Origin: Pecten maximus
Taxonomy: Eukaryota
Direction of reading: 5' to 3'
Length of the DNA stretch: 64,000 bases
Assembly (NCBI RefSeq): GCF_902652985.1
Contig: NC_047019.1
Span: 36,766,001-36,830,000 of the forward strand
Shown piece by piece: positions 38,884 to 52,600 of the stretch (the first letter of the stretch is position 1; the number at the start of each line of letters is the position of its first letter). A model generated the notes under the pieces. That model saw only the letters and a program-made list of their open reading frames with translations, had not been told where the DNA came from and searched no databases. The position numbers were made by a program, and so were the translations under genes.

Positions 38884-38952
38884 GTTTGATTCTCAGACCG
38901 ACGTGAAAAAGTAAGAGGTCACCTGCCCGACCACGTGAGTTTCCCCGGGTTC
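38884..38952 (+). mobile_element. Short SINE-like fragment (tRNA B-box-like plus V-domain-like start)
   Basis: gtttgattct...gtcacctgcccgaccacgtgagtttccccgggt resembles the gtggg-ttt-ctccgggt core of V-type SINEs (recalled, not searched). Confidence 0.35.
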
Positions 38953-41900
38953 TACTAATTGGCTGGGTACTAAGGATACAGTTGTGGTGACGCAGTTGGG
39001 ACATTTAGACTATCCCATCAGTGTCTTTCTTAGAGTTGTGACCAGGTGATTATACGCCAGCCATGTTTTCTTTAAAACCTCTCGAATGTGCTCAATTTGA
39101 ATGTGATAAAAAAAATAGTCCGGCAGTACTACTTATAATTATTGTTGTGATGGGGTACATAATGTATATGTCAAAATATACATATGCACATAGATTTCCC
39201 AAATAAAGGTGTTATATCGTCAACTATTCTGGATTTAAGAGCAATGTGCAATGTAATTGAAACGATAGCAAAATTGGGACAGAGTTTGCTTTGAAAGCGA
39301 ACGTGGGTTTGAATGATTTTTAAAGAACACAATATAGATAATTAAATATCTAAGCTGAGACTGCTTGTATTCATGTCGTAAAGTATGTAATGTACACATT
39401 CACATCTCTCTAGTCAGTCCAGTGGTCCGGATATTATCACTTTATTAAACTAAGTGGTTCATGACTTGTAGAATGAAATTGAATCTGTTCTAATTAAAAT
39501 CAAATTAGGTCACAAGTGAAACTTCCAAATCGCAATCATAAAACAAATTGCATTTTGAATGAAAGTATATGTTGAACTAAAGTGTCTGGGTCTACGTGTC
39601 ATATGACGGCTGACTAGAGCCGGATATTTGTAGCTATATATATTGTATTTTATGGGTGACTGTTCCCGTGTTTAGTGATTGTCTCCTTTGTGTCAGGGTA
39701 GTGATGAGCGCCCACCACCCCGATAACATAAAACTGTTTATCTTTTGGATCTGATCCGTAATGGCGTGTGGATACCTTACCGACCGCAGTATAGTATACC
39801 ATTTACCCGAGGTCATGGTCATTCTCAGACACTAACTACATAGCATTAAGTATAAAGGTTTACACGGTTTTACAATCTGTCACGCCGTTTGGTTCCTCAG
39901 AACTCCCTCAATACCAACATTTAGGATTAGTAAATATACATATTAAGTTGGTCCAAGTGTAATTAATTGTGTCCTTCAATAAATATACAATGTTTACAAA
40001 TTTAAGAATTTTCCAAATATGAAAGAACACTTCGAGCATTATCATTTTATTCCCATATGAACAATCAATACCGAATATTTACATCTCTGACATTAACTGC
40101 TATAATATATATGCCCTGTGGGACAGACGTAAAATGTTATGTCTCCATTACATTGATTAAGAAACGACTAAATTCGGGATGTTTTCTCCTTCTCTTATTT
40201 TCGGAAAAAAAAATTTCAACTTTCTGATACCTCCCTTGAAAATGCCTCACTGCTGGCCTTTAAACTGAGCGCTCGTTTTCACGGGAAAAGAAATGATTTC
40301 TGTCCCCCTGGCTGCGATATACCTAAGTCATATAATAATTACACTCTTTACCCATGTTTGACGCATATACCTTAACTTCTAATGTACAGGAAATATTACC
40401 ACCAATGCCGGTGTCAAAATAATGTACTAAAACAATATGATATGGCAAGGTGCCTCCAATATAAAATTTCAGTGAAATGGGTCTAAACAGTGAGCACTAA
40501 CCTAAATGTTTCGATAGAACGTTAAAATCAGACAATCCGTGGTACAGCATGTACTTACCATCCTGGAATTAGATGACACTGCTGTTATATCAGCAGACAG
40601 TAGATGTCATTGTAAACAATTGGTAGACGTCCGCAAAGGTTGGTGTCAGTTAAACATGTCCATTGTTGTTTTTCTTCAACCTTTATTGGCCACTTATAAC
40701 GGTGAAATATCCTAAGGTAAATAGATTAACTTAAAATAGTATACATGTCACGGATTATCCATTCACAAAATTGCGTGTCACAATCAAAGTCTATCTCCTG
40801 ATCATTTTCGTGTTGCGCCAGTAAATGGTAGTTACAAGAAGCTCCCTATCCGTCCCTTCCGTCTGGACATGGTCTCAGCCGCTCTCTCTGCAGTAGAAAC
40901 TGTTATACTTAAACGGTTACTCTACATTTTTTCTGAGCCCTAAGTATCACTGGTAAGCCATTCCGTGATGAAATACTGTCGATTTAAAGCCTGTTACTAT
41001 TGGTGGTATCTAGATTTGTCAGGTATACGGAGGCCTGCTCGTAATACACAGGACCTGTTTAGTCTGGGCACTCATGTGTGGTAGGATTATGGTAGAGCGA
41101 TTAATTCTTTATTAAAGCAGATACCTTTACCAGTATATTGTAAATCAGATTTAATGAATCACACCGAACAATGACCAATACACAAGCATATGTATATGAA
41201 ATATTAAAGGATCATAGACTCTTACGAATGTCCTTACACAATCCACAGCACAGCATAGGTAAATAAAGTTAGTATTGTTGTTACCAATTTTATCGATCAG
41301 ATTGTTTACAGCGCAGTCGACTTAATGTCAATCAAATTACGTGCTTGAAACAATGCCTACTTGTGGAGAATCAAATGTTTATTTATTAGTGCCTTTATTC
41401 CAATTTACACCTTAAATACAAGCGCTTGTTCCACCTGATTACTCATAATGCATTTCCACAAACATCTAATTGGGTGCTAAACAATTAACGATGTGTTTCC
41501 TTTAACTATTGATTAGTGACTTCGTCGTGGGTGTTGTTCCACCGATCATACATGTACGAATACTGACAGAATACCATCTGACAGTCAATAAAACTAATGA
41601 CCATATCTTCCATGAAGGTGTGTAGTTGTATAAATAATTGTAACTGAATCAGCATGTTTGATTTCAACACATCAGTCCCTGCCTAAGCCTCTTGTACTCC
41701 TATTAATATGCCTATATTACAATTTACAAACAAACTCCATGATTTAACGTAAACAACGATACTTATATTGGGCTATATGTGTCGTAACGCTGGAACTGAA
41801 TATATAAAATTTAAGTATTATACCTGTATACAAAATCATATGTATAATTATTTATTGGTCCACGGAAGGGTGTAAATGTACATACCGTTATGCCTAGGTG

Positions 41901-42474
41901 TATCGAATTACGTTTTATATGCTACATACAAAGTGTTCACCGTAATCATAAGGTGTTGTCAGCTAAGCTATTAAGCCCCTTGTGATTTATCGGGCTAACT
42001 CAGTCGTTAACAGTGAGCAAGTTGTATATATACATTGTGTAGTGCGCAATAAAAAGTTTTATAAAGTGTACCCCCTGTAATCAGGGTGAGGTTTACACAT
42101 GTTAATTACTGGTTAAGGTCTATAAATAAGCATCTTTCTTCATCATGACAATATGAATGGTTAACAACATATTTAAAAACACAATATTATAGCATGGCCA
42201 AAGGCTCGTTTTGAAAAAAAATATCAGAATAAATAATATGTTATAATTGATTAATCCTGAATATTGAATAAACATATACATACAGTAAACACGTTTGGCA
42301 CTCCCTAATCAATACAGCCCGCCGAAAGGCTGTTGTATGGGGGTAGTATATAGATATAGATAGTGATGGTATGTATATAAATAGAAATAGAATAATGGTG
42401 ATATCACACAAACATTCAAAAAGTAGAATGGTAACTTAATAATCATAATGTATAGTATTATAATCAATTCTATA

Positions 42475-43545
42475 AACATTTATTCTTTATGATACAGACT
42501 TGCATACCTACATCGCACACACCCTTTTTACACACACACACGCCCTCACTCATGATCACTCAATCACTCACAAACACAGCCTCAGCAAGTACTACTTGTA
42601 TATAGTAATCATATTTATACTATTGGACTGTAATAATATTTTTTTTAATTATTCAACATAATTACTTAACAAATTTTGCACTATTTATATGATATTGTAC
42701 ATCAGTTAAGATAAATTCATTAATATTCGATATTGTATTATCACCTGAAGTTAATAGCATTGAACTAGAATAACCAATACGTCATGAATTTCATTAAATA
42801 CCTAGAATTAGAGTGATAAGGACAAGTAAAAAAGTAATGATCATTATTTTCAATATGTGAACCACAGGTACAAACTTGATATAGGGATAAGATGATCTAT
42901 AAATTTATGATGGTTCAATGTCACTTGCATTATTTGTTAATTGACACAAGATTTACGAGGAATGCAGTTTTTAAAAGTAGCAGATGTGGTGTTATTAGGA
43001 TTTGCTAAGGTTTGATTAAGGTTGTTTTTGAAGGAACTTAGACTTACAGCCGTGGACAGTGAAGGATCAAGATTATTCCATGACTGCATAGTACTTAGAA
43101 AGAAACTTCTATTGTAGATATTGGCTCTTGATCTTGGTATATTGAAAAATATATGATGACGCAGGTAATGAGTATTTTGCTGATGATTTATAAATCGTTC
43201 GATGACAAACAAATAGTCAAGGGTCATGTTATTTATAATTTTGTACATTAAAATTAATTTGTGACGCCTTGATTCTAATTTTTCTAAACCCGTTTCTTTA
43301 TACAGTTTATAATGTACAACCTCTTAATCCAGTAATTATGTTCATTGCATCAACCGGAACAAATTCCAATAAATTAGATTCACCATTAGTGTAACTGTCC
43401 CAAATAGAATCCATATATTCCGAAATGGGTCTGACAAATGAACAGTATAATGTTATAAGACTTTCCTATCCACTGTTTTATCATGCGTAAAAGATTCAGT
43501 CGTTTACATGGTTTATTGTAAATAGTATTAATATGACCCTTCAAT
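42475..43545 (-). mobile_element. 5'-truncated, decayed CR1/L2-clade LINE (ORF2 C-terminus and 3' UTR)
   Basis: Minus-strand translation gives GHINTIYNKPCKRLNLLRMIK, FVRPISEYMDSIWD, MYKIINN..YNRSFFLSTMQSWNNL..SLSSFKNNL and CTCGSHIENNDHYFFTCP, which are typical post-RT motifs. Frameshifts are present, and there is a minus-strand AATAAA near 42480. Confidence 0.8.
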
Positions 43546-43547
43546 CG

Positions 43548-44465
43548 CTGACATTAGCCTTCAATAGTTAACACTGGCCTTCAATAGTTAACACTAGCCT
43601 TCAATACTTAACATTAGCCTTCAATAGTTAACACTAGCCTTCAATAGTTAACATTAGCCTTCAATAGTTAACACTGGCCTTCAATAGTTAACATTAGCCT
43701 TCAATAGTTAACACTAGCCTTCAATAGTTAACACTAGCCTTCAATAGTTAACACTGGCCTTCAATAGTTAACATTAGCCTTCAATAATTAACACTGGCCT
43801 TCAATAGTTAACATTATCCTTCAATAGTTAACACTAGCCTTCAATAATTAACACTAGCCTTCAATAGTTAACACTAGCCTTCAATAATTAACACTAGCCT
43901 TCAATAGTTAACACTGGCCTTCAATAGTTAGCATTAGCCTTCAATAGTTAGCATTAGCCTTCAATAGTTAACACTAGCCTTCAATAGTTAACACTGGCCT
44001 TCAATAGTTAACACTGGCCTTCAATAGTTAACACTGGCCTTCAATAGTTAACACTAGCCTTCAATAGTTAACACTAGCCTTCAATAGTTAACATTAGCCT
44101 TCAATAGTTAACATTAGCCTTCAATAGTTAACACTGGCCTTCAATAGTTAACATTAGCCTTCACTAGTTAACACTAGCCTTCACTAGTTAACACTGGCCT
44201 TCAATAGTTAACATTAGCCTTCACTAGTTAACACTAGCCTTCAATAGTTAACACTGGCCTTCAATAGTTAACATTAGCCTTCACTAGTTAACACTAGCCT
44301 TTACTAGTTAACACTGGCCTTCAATAGTTAACACTGGCCTTCAATAGTTAACATTAGCCTTCAATAGTTAACATTAGCCTTCACTAGTTAACACTGGCCT
44401 TCAATAGTTAGCACTGGCCTTCAATGTTTAACACTGACCTTCAATACTTAACACTAGCCTTCATT
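43548..44465. repeat. 20-bp tandem repeat, ~45 copies
   Basis: Unit acactagccttcaatagtta with cta/ctg/tta variants. Confidence 0.97.
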
Positions 44466-45830
44466 CGCTAGAATCAACCTTCAGCCTTCAGTCGTTAACA
44501 ATAGACTTCAATCATGAATATCAGCATTCAATTGCTAACATGAAAAGTAATTATTATGATCGCCTAGCCAGACTATCAATGTGTACCCACACAAATAGGA
44601 GATCCTTACTAAGGATTGTGACACATTGCCCATTGTGACTAAAGTTCGAATTCAAGAGATACTATCACTTACAACGAGAATAGGTCATATATTAAAACTT
44701 TGTTGAAACCAAATGATATTATTTTAGTTTTACAAAATGCTATGCTATATTTGCATTCATAATAAAATCCTAAATTTTGATCACCTTCATATAAGTATAT
44801 TCTCTTCTCAACAAGTTTTGTCAGTAAAAACTGCAAAAATATTCTATACAACATTCATTGCAGTTAATGTTTGTAAGCAAATTAAAAACGAATATACTTA
44901 TAACGTACTCTCTAATTTGATTGTATCCGAAGGTTCATTTGGATGTTAATGTATGTTTAAACTGTTAAGACATGAATCGTTGGAGTGATCTCCCTTTAAC
45001 TGCTAAAGGTTTCACGCTAACAATGGATAGTCAAGAACTGAAAATTGAACACATGGTTAGTATTTCGTCATCTACAGTCAGTGTATTTTAGGTGTATTAC
45101 TCATTACAAAGAACAAAGTACTATTGCGCACTAGCAGTATATTTTTCGTTTTCATTTTGTATTGCTAAGATAAATCCTTGTTGCTTTAGTGATGTTTTGT
45201 TCAGCCGATTATTTGATATCACTGCAGTCCACGGGTGCCATGGTGTTCAAAACTTAATGTTAGATATCAGATAGAAAAGGAACAAACGTAGAGCATAAAC
45301 AACGCTTAATATAAAACTATTACAGCGGTATGCTTTCCTTCTGATATATTTATTTTGAATCGTTCATTCATCAAAGTCAAACATAGATTTTGATTGATAT
45401 TCATAAAAATGCAAAACGAACTATAACATCATGTTTAAGCAATATTAATGAAAAATATATTATAGTTCAATGACAAGGAAAACTTCATACATGTATACAA
45501 CCATTATTAACAGTTACGATTTAAGGAGTTACTTATATACTTATGCCTGAAAAAAACACAAAAACAAAAAGTAACACCATTGTCAAAAACCGAATCCTCA
45601 ATATCCCAGTTATGTTATTGTCAACATCAATTCCTTATTAATTGGTTTTACACAGTATCGACATAAATACAATATAAAAGATTTCGGGAGAAAAACTCGT
45701 GGGTTGTACTTGGGTTGTAAACAAAGTATGAGAATAGTAGGTTGATACAAGGAACAAGTGCATGTTGATCAATATAATATATTTAAATGTGACAATTTAA
45801 TTGTAGTAATCTTATACACATGTGCACCGA

Positions 45831-45832
<2 letters not shown>

Positions 45833-45900
<68 letters not shown>
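45833..45900. repeat. (AG)n microsatellite
   Basis: Uninterrupted AG dinucleotide run of ~68 nt. Confidence 0.97.
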
Positions 45901-45902
<2 letters not shown>

Positions 45903-45979
45903 ACAATGAGCTACAATATATGTACCAAACGAAGCGGGATTAATAATTAATATTAAACCTACAGCGTTGATACATTTAG

Positions 45980-46245
45980 TGTTAGATATTCTATGTGTTA
46001 TTTCATCATTATACACGTGTCTGATATCTTATGTGTTATTTCATCATTATACACGTATTTGATATCTTATGTGATATTTCATCATTATACACGTATTTGA
46101 CATCTTATGTGTTATTTCATCATGAAACCACGTGTTAGATATCGTATGTGTTATTTCATAATTATACACGTGTCTGATATCTTATGTGTTATTTCATCAT
46201 AAGACACGTATTTGATATCTTATGAATCTTCCATCATTAGACACC
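45980..46245. repeat. 38-bp tandem repeat, ~7 copies
   Basis: Unit gatatcttatgtgttatttcatcattatacacgtattt (copies start at 46023 and 46061). Confidence 0.9.
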
Positions 46246-49200
46246 GGTCAGTCTTGTTTTTATCAGACCTGTTTCTCTCCAAATACCAATGATTTAGATC
46301 ACTGACCATGATATCACTACGGAGATGCCAAGTATGATACTATACACTACATGGTATAGGTGAAATAAAAAGTCGTAAGTAAGAGAAAGTAACATTGATT
46401 GACTCACACGAAGTAAATACCTGAGAAAAGGTAGACAGATGTACTCTATAAGACACCTGTCATGATGTCTTACGCTAAACCAATGACAGTATATATCATG
46501 ATCAGGCCATGGTGACGATATCAGCTTATTAGATAATTGTGAGAGGTTTCATATTAAAAGAAATGAGATTTCATCTATAATTTATTGTAGTTTATTCAGT
46601 TGTCCTCAATTTACATATACATGGTACACGCTAATGTATTTTACACAGGTATATCGGTAATTCTTGATAGTGTGCTAATACTTGCCGGATACGAGGATTA
46701 ACTGATACGCTGTGGTCGTTTTTGTTCTACATACAATGTATGTTAGCTATTGAACTTTTGCGATAACAGGAGCGAAACGTGACGGTGAATTGGTCGGTAA
46801 GGTCCAGACAAACTATAGATCACCTGTTATTATATATAGAAATTTGAAGAACATTTTCAGTCATATACCCAGACATAGTTACGGATTGAATGACTAGCAC
46901 ATCATCATACTGAAATAAATTTCAGTAAAAAATTAGCGTTACATCATCAAATCGTTGCTTGGGTATCTAAGTCTGCCAGATATTCATTCAAATGGCTTTA
47001 TTTAACTTCAATACGAATTGATCAGATAGATAGCTCTACGACCTTGAATTGTTCTTAGGAAAATCACTCATTGCATTGGTTGATGGAAGCGATGATACAT
47101 TGCCTCTCAGGTAAATTCGATATTCAGTTCGTCCGGCGAGCTTTATCAAGCTACTTGTATTTACCTGTTTGGTCTATCGGCCTTGTGTTCAACCTGTGGT
47201 CATAAGACAAATATTGGCGTGTGAACCGTAATTGTTTCTTTATAATCAAACAGTTATCGACTTTCTAGCTAGATGGATGTTGGACTATATAGGGCACTAA
47301 TTACCATTGTCACAGAGACACGTCCATGCAATTACTGAATGTAGCGAACAACGAGGGAGATTTATAGGCAGTACCGGGCAGACAATACACGTGGACGCAC
47401 AACAGGTTGTCAGAGTCTATATGAACAGTTTCCATTAGGAGATTTTTAACACGAAGTTCAAACGTTTCCTGTATTTAGGCTGACACTAACTGTACGTGAT
47501 TGACGCTGTCCGTAGCTGTCCGTTTGGTGAGGAGGAAAGTCTCGGACACATTACAACGCAGGAGTGTACATGCCATTAATCATATTAAGGTAAATTTGAC
47601 AAAAGTGTATATTTTTTTTCCTTTTTAGTGATATTACTATTTCCATATATCATTTCCAATTGCATTGATGGTTGACATATGTTTTATATTTCTGTCAAAT
47701 GAAATGAGCGTTTGGACAGCTTAACCAGTGTATGCCGTAGTTGTCGACCTGCTGGTAGTATTATCATAAGAACATGATATTATTATGAGAAAGCAAGTCG
47801 CTTTTAATGTTATACCTGATATTACTCCTTCATTATAATATTGTAAAACTTGTTATTTGTGGTCGTTGGCTTGGTAGTGTTTCTTGCCTCAAGAGTTATT
47901 GATAAATGTGTAGTTCTGGAATAATTAACTCCGTTTAAGTAATACCTAATAACACGCCATGTAAATCTTGGTCATACCCAAGTAACGTCACGTTCTGTAC
48001 CGGACGAGAACAGGAGTAATGATAGGATAACTACCAAGCATATTAATGAGCATTTAATACGTCAAACAAGAAGTTTGAGGGAAAATCATTAAAGTGCATG
48101 CGGTCAATGTATATTAAAATTTCTAAAATATGTTAATAATTTGATTACACAATACGCCGATTTCAAGTCAGTTTACTGTATTTAAAAGTTGATCTAGCAG
48201 TCTCGCCCGGTCTTTTTTAGATGTAAATTGAACAAGTAGACAACAGTCATCAAGTTCTAGCTACAGGAAGGTCTAACTAGAAGGTCAGCTTGATATACGT
48301 AATTGTATTCTTGAATAAACAGCATGAAATTACAATGAACACAATTTATATCACTATAAGATTCACCAGATATGTAATTAAGTGTGGCGACAATTGTGAC
48401 CTTGATACCATCAAGCGATCAGAGTAAATGTACAATCACACTGCACTACCTATATCAATAATTCCTTTTCATGCAATTTACACCTCTATATCTCACGCTT
48501 ATGTTAACAAGACTGCACCAAGTGGCACCCCAATTACAGCATACCTTGAAAGGTTTCCTTTCCTGTTAGAGTACATCAATACTTGTGTAAATATACGGTC
48601 TTAGATGGGGATGCTAGGACTACAATGGCAAGACATCTGTACATTCAATTGTTCTTCAGGTGTTATATCTACAGTTGGATAAGATTAGGTAAGATTTGTA
48701 TTGTCTATAACCCGTCATACACGTAATTCACCAGTTAAGATCCATATCGAAATGATTGCATATCGGATCAGACAATAGATTAACACTACTTGTATAGACA
48801 CAGGCAGGTTTAGTGTGGCCTCGTGTGAATATAATATGGTTGAAATAGTGGACAATGAAAAATCTCATCATAATCATCATAAAAGTTTTGCACCCACCTA
48901 TATATATCATCAATTATGTTATTGACATGTCGGTAATACCACACCACCAGGCAATAACATGCGACAGGCCTACAGTGTGACAGATTGATTCTAAAATAAT
49001 GTCTTCTCTGTGAAATTGGGCTTATTTTATATCGTGTTACTGAGCCGTTATGCCGTGTTATTACGTGACCTAATGTGCTGAGAGTTCCACTTCTACGGCG
49101 ATCTATGTTTGGCTTCGCTAGACAGTTATGGGCGTCTTTGGATGAAATGAAATGTCGAGTTTAAGCAGATCTCACTAAAGTGTGTCTATATGTTCTGACG

Positions 49201-49364
49201 CTGTTTGTGTGGATATTTGAATCAACATCTTGTCCATACTTTCTCCATTATTCAGGTTAGTAGCGAGCACTATTACATGTACTATACTGTAAAGATGATT
49301 GTTACATTATGGTGATTTGTAAATCCAAACATTTTGTCAGTATGTACTTTAGATGCATAATTTA

Positions 49365-49635
49365 AGACAATATTTGTGTACTGTTGTGAAGTATCTGCTG
49401 GTGATAGTGTTTTTGTCTGACAATTTGTGTACTGTTGTAAGTTATCTGCTAGTGATAGTGTTTTGTCTGACAATTTGTATACTGTTGTGAGGTATCTGCT
49501 AGTGATAGTGTTTTGTCTGACAATTTGTGTACTGTTGTGAGGTATCTGCTAGTGATAGTGTTTTTGTCTGACAATTTGTGTACTGTTGTGAGGTATCTGC
49601 TAGTGATAGTGTTTTTGTCTGACAATTGGTGTACT
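49365..49635. repeat. 50/51-bp tandem repeat, ~5 copies
   Basis: Unit gacaatttgtgtactgttgtgaggtatctgctagtgatagtgtttttgtct. Confidence 0.9.
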
Positions 49636-52600
49636 AGTACCGTTGTTCAATCCGGAGATGGAATGGACTTTAACAATGATACATCTTATAATTATCGTCA
49701 TTTTCTTCCGGCGTCTCACATTTCATCTATCGAGTTTCAATGCTATGGTTGTGTGTTGATGATACATTTTGTTCTGGTTTGGGGGAAGGCCTGATGTATA
49801 CAACTGCCTGATTAAAATATGCGACTAAATTATGTCTCTGCAAAGTAACGGAATTGTCTTCACGCATATCCTGTTAAGCAAATACCGAACCAGTAACATC
49901 GTAGCTAATCTGATTCCAAATGACACGACTTTGGAACTCTATTTTCTCTATTACGGATCTTTGCGGGGATGTCATGATATTCACAATCAGTAGTATGATG
50001 AAATATCATGCTACTAAGCTAAGGCTTTAGAACTTCTGTGAACATTTAATGCCACAGATCCTAAATAAACCTCATAGACTACAGCAATTATTGTCCTGAA
50101 GAATAGAGATAAACATCATGAATAGTAAGATATAGATTTCAGAATAGGACAGTGATGACACGGTAGAAAAACGATATTTCATTTCGTATGCAATATATGA
50201 TAGTGATGTAGTTCTACGATAGCGGTGTCGAGTAGAGAGACCTTGAATTGTCACAAATAACTTTGTGTCTATGTCTGACGAATGTTAAGTCTCCTTCAAA
50301 CCAGGCGATACTTCATAATGTGGAATGCTTCTATCTTAATCCGTATCGATATTAAAGACCTTTTCCAGATATTTCTCATTACAGCTTGATGTATGTCTGG
50401 CCTTGAAACAAAATCACGAATCCAATTTCTCTGTAGATGTTGTGTTTATAAACAATGAAGAAAATCAAATTGATGGGGAGATTTTGTTGTAGCAGCCTAT
50501 GATGTATCGCCAGGAACCTGTAGGGGTATTCTAAGACTGATGTTTCTCTGTCAAACAAAACATTAACATTCATCGTTGTTATCAGTAGTGATGTACACAG
50601 AAGCATTTAAACTCGAGGATATTATCTTTCTCCGGAGGTGTTCCCATTGTTTGTTTATAACCTCATTTCAGGTTTCTAGTATGAATATTGATGGTTGTTT
50701 TATCATATTCGGCTGTTAACAGTGAATTCAATAACTCCTCATCACCATTTATAACGCCGTTATATGTGGTAGCCAAGGTCCTCGTTTATTTCCTGCAGAT
50801 TTAGGTGTCAATTAGGGTTTCTTAAGTATCCCTTTCAACTAAAATAATTCCTTCAATACAATAAACACTAGTTCCCAAGTTTAAAATGTAAAACAAAGTT
50901 TATAACGTTAACGTACAAAAATTACACTGAAGATTTTTCGGGTCACTATAAATACATACATACATATTAACCCTATGTTCATAAAAACAAATATGAAGAT
51001 ACCACTTCAATGTCGTTAATCTTATCTCTCGCTTGCTTCATCCGGACTAAATATCAGATACCTTGGTATAACATGTCGTTTGGTATATTCCATTCAAGTT
51101 CATTTCGAATTCGGTCCCTGTGCCCATTGTAGTAGAGGAAATCCGTTTAATTTTCTATGGAAGCAGGAATATATTTCTTTTAGTATTTCAGTATTTTTGG
51201 CAATAGATCGCTCAAATAGACGGTATGAGGAGTCAGTGGCTTAGCTATAGGCGAAATGTATATGGATGCTTTATAAACTTTTATATGTACATTTATTTTC
51301 TACACTTATAATAGAAAACTCAGACAAAAATGGCCACCAAAGTATTGACAATAAAAATGTATTACATACACTGGAGTCATAAGCATGACTCACAAAACAA
51401 TAAAAAAGAATGCAGGTAATGATAAAATTTCTATAAACAAAACAAAAATAAAATGTACAATATCATCTAGCCTAAGTGGGGTTTACCAAAAATCGCCTAG
51501 CCCATGAAAGGCTACATCCCTGAAAATAAGATATAACAATGAAAACAATAGCTTAACTAGCTAAAATAAGCTTTAAGGGTAAGTAGAGGGTGATTTTTTT
51601 TTAAACTGACAAAAATTTGCGGTTTTTGGTACATCGAAGATGGCTGCTGAATTAGGAAGGGGACCAATCTGTGGCCAGCCCTTACAAAACCCCAATGAGC
51701 TAAAAATAAAACAGTGTGGGCTGTCCGGACACGTTCACACTGGCATACAAGCATGTTTTTTTTTTTTTTTTTTCCTAGCCGGATGGTTTCCTTTCTGTTA
51801 TTAACTGACCAGTGTGTACCACTATGAGCGGGCCAGGTTTATATGATTACCAGGTTGTACAAATTGACATACCTGATTTCTTTAACACCTGTTCTTCAAT
51901 GCTACCAGCTATCTGGAGCTCCTTGTGGACTCTAAATATTGTATTTGTGTTGAATTACTAGTTAGCTGTTGAGGTTAAGGATTATCAGCCGAATTTAAAT
52001 TAAAAAATTGTTTTTAAAGTCAGGCATGGTGTATGTTTAATGTTCTTTGTTTACATTGTTGTCCTACCGTATGTATTCAACAAACATCTCATAATTTCCA
52101 ACATACATAACACACTAACACATTTTCCTAAATACAATATGAATATAACAGACATCAAGTCTATACAACTTATCATGATTAATTAACTAAAATACCTACA
52201 TTAAAACAGTATACCCATGTTTTTTCTGAGACAAGTCTTTGTATATTTGGTTCTCGTTTTATTGTTATTAAGCATCAATGTATCAGTTTCAACCTTTATT
52301 TGGAAATGTACGGTAACTATTTGGTATAAAATCTAGCCCTATGACTGAGTTTGTTTTAGACCTTAAGATAATATGTTACAGATTCCTTTGTAACTTATTC
52401 ACACGCAAAATCAATAGACCTTTTTCTCAGCTCTCTGGCTACCTTGGTCTCGTCTGACAATTGGTCACATTTTTCACGAGCATGCTTGTATCAACATACC
52501 AGTTGACATTTGTAATGAATGTATTTTTAGGCTTACTTCCAACACCGCTACACCACTTCTCATGTCAAATTAGCGTGAATGTAATTTAGATTTAAAACGC

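Noticed and set aside
45758-46016. RE/SL-repeat ORFs
   Set aside because: Translation of the (AG)n microsatellite.
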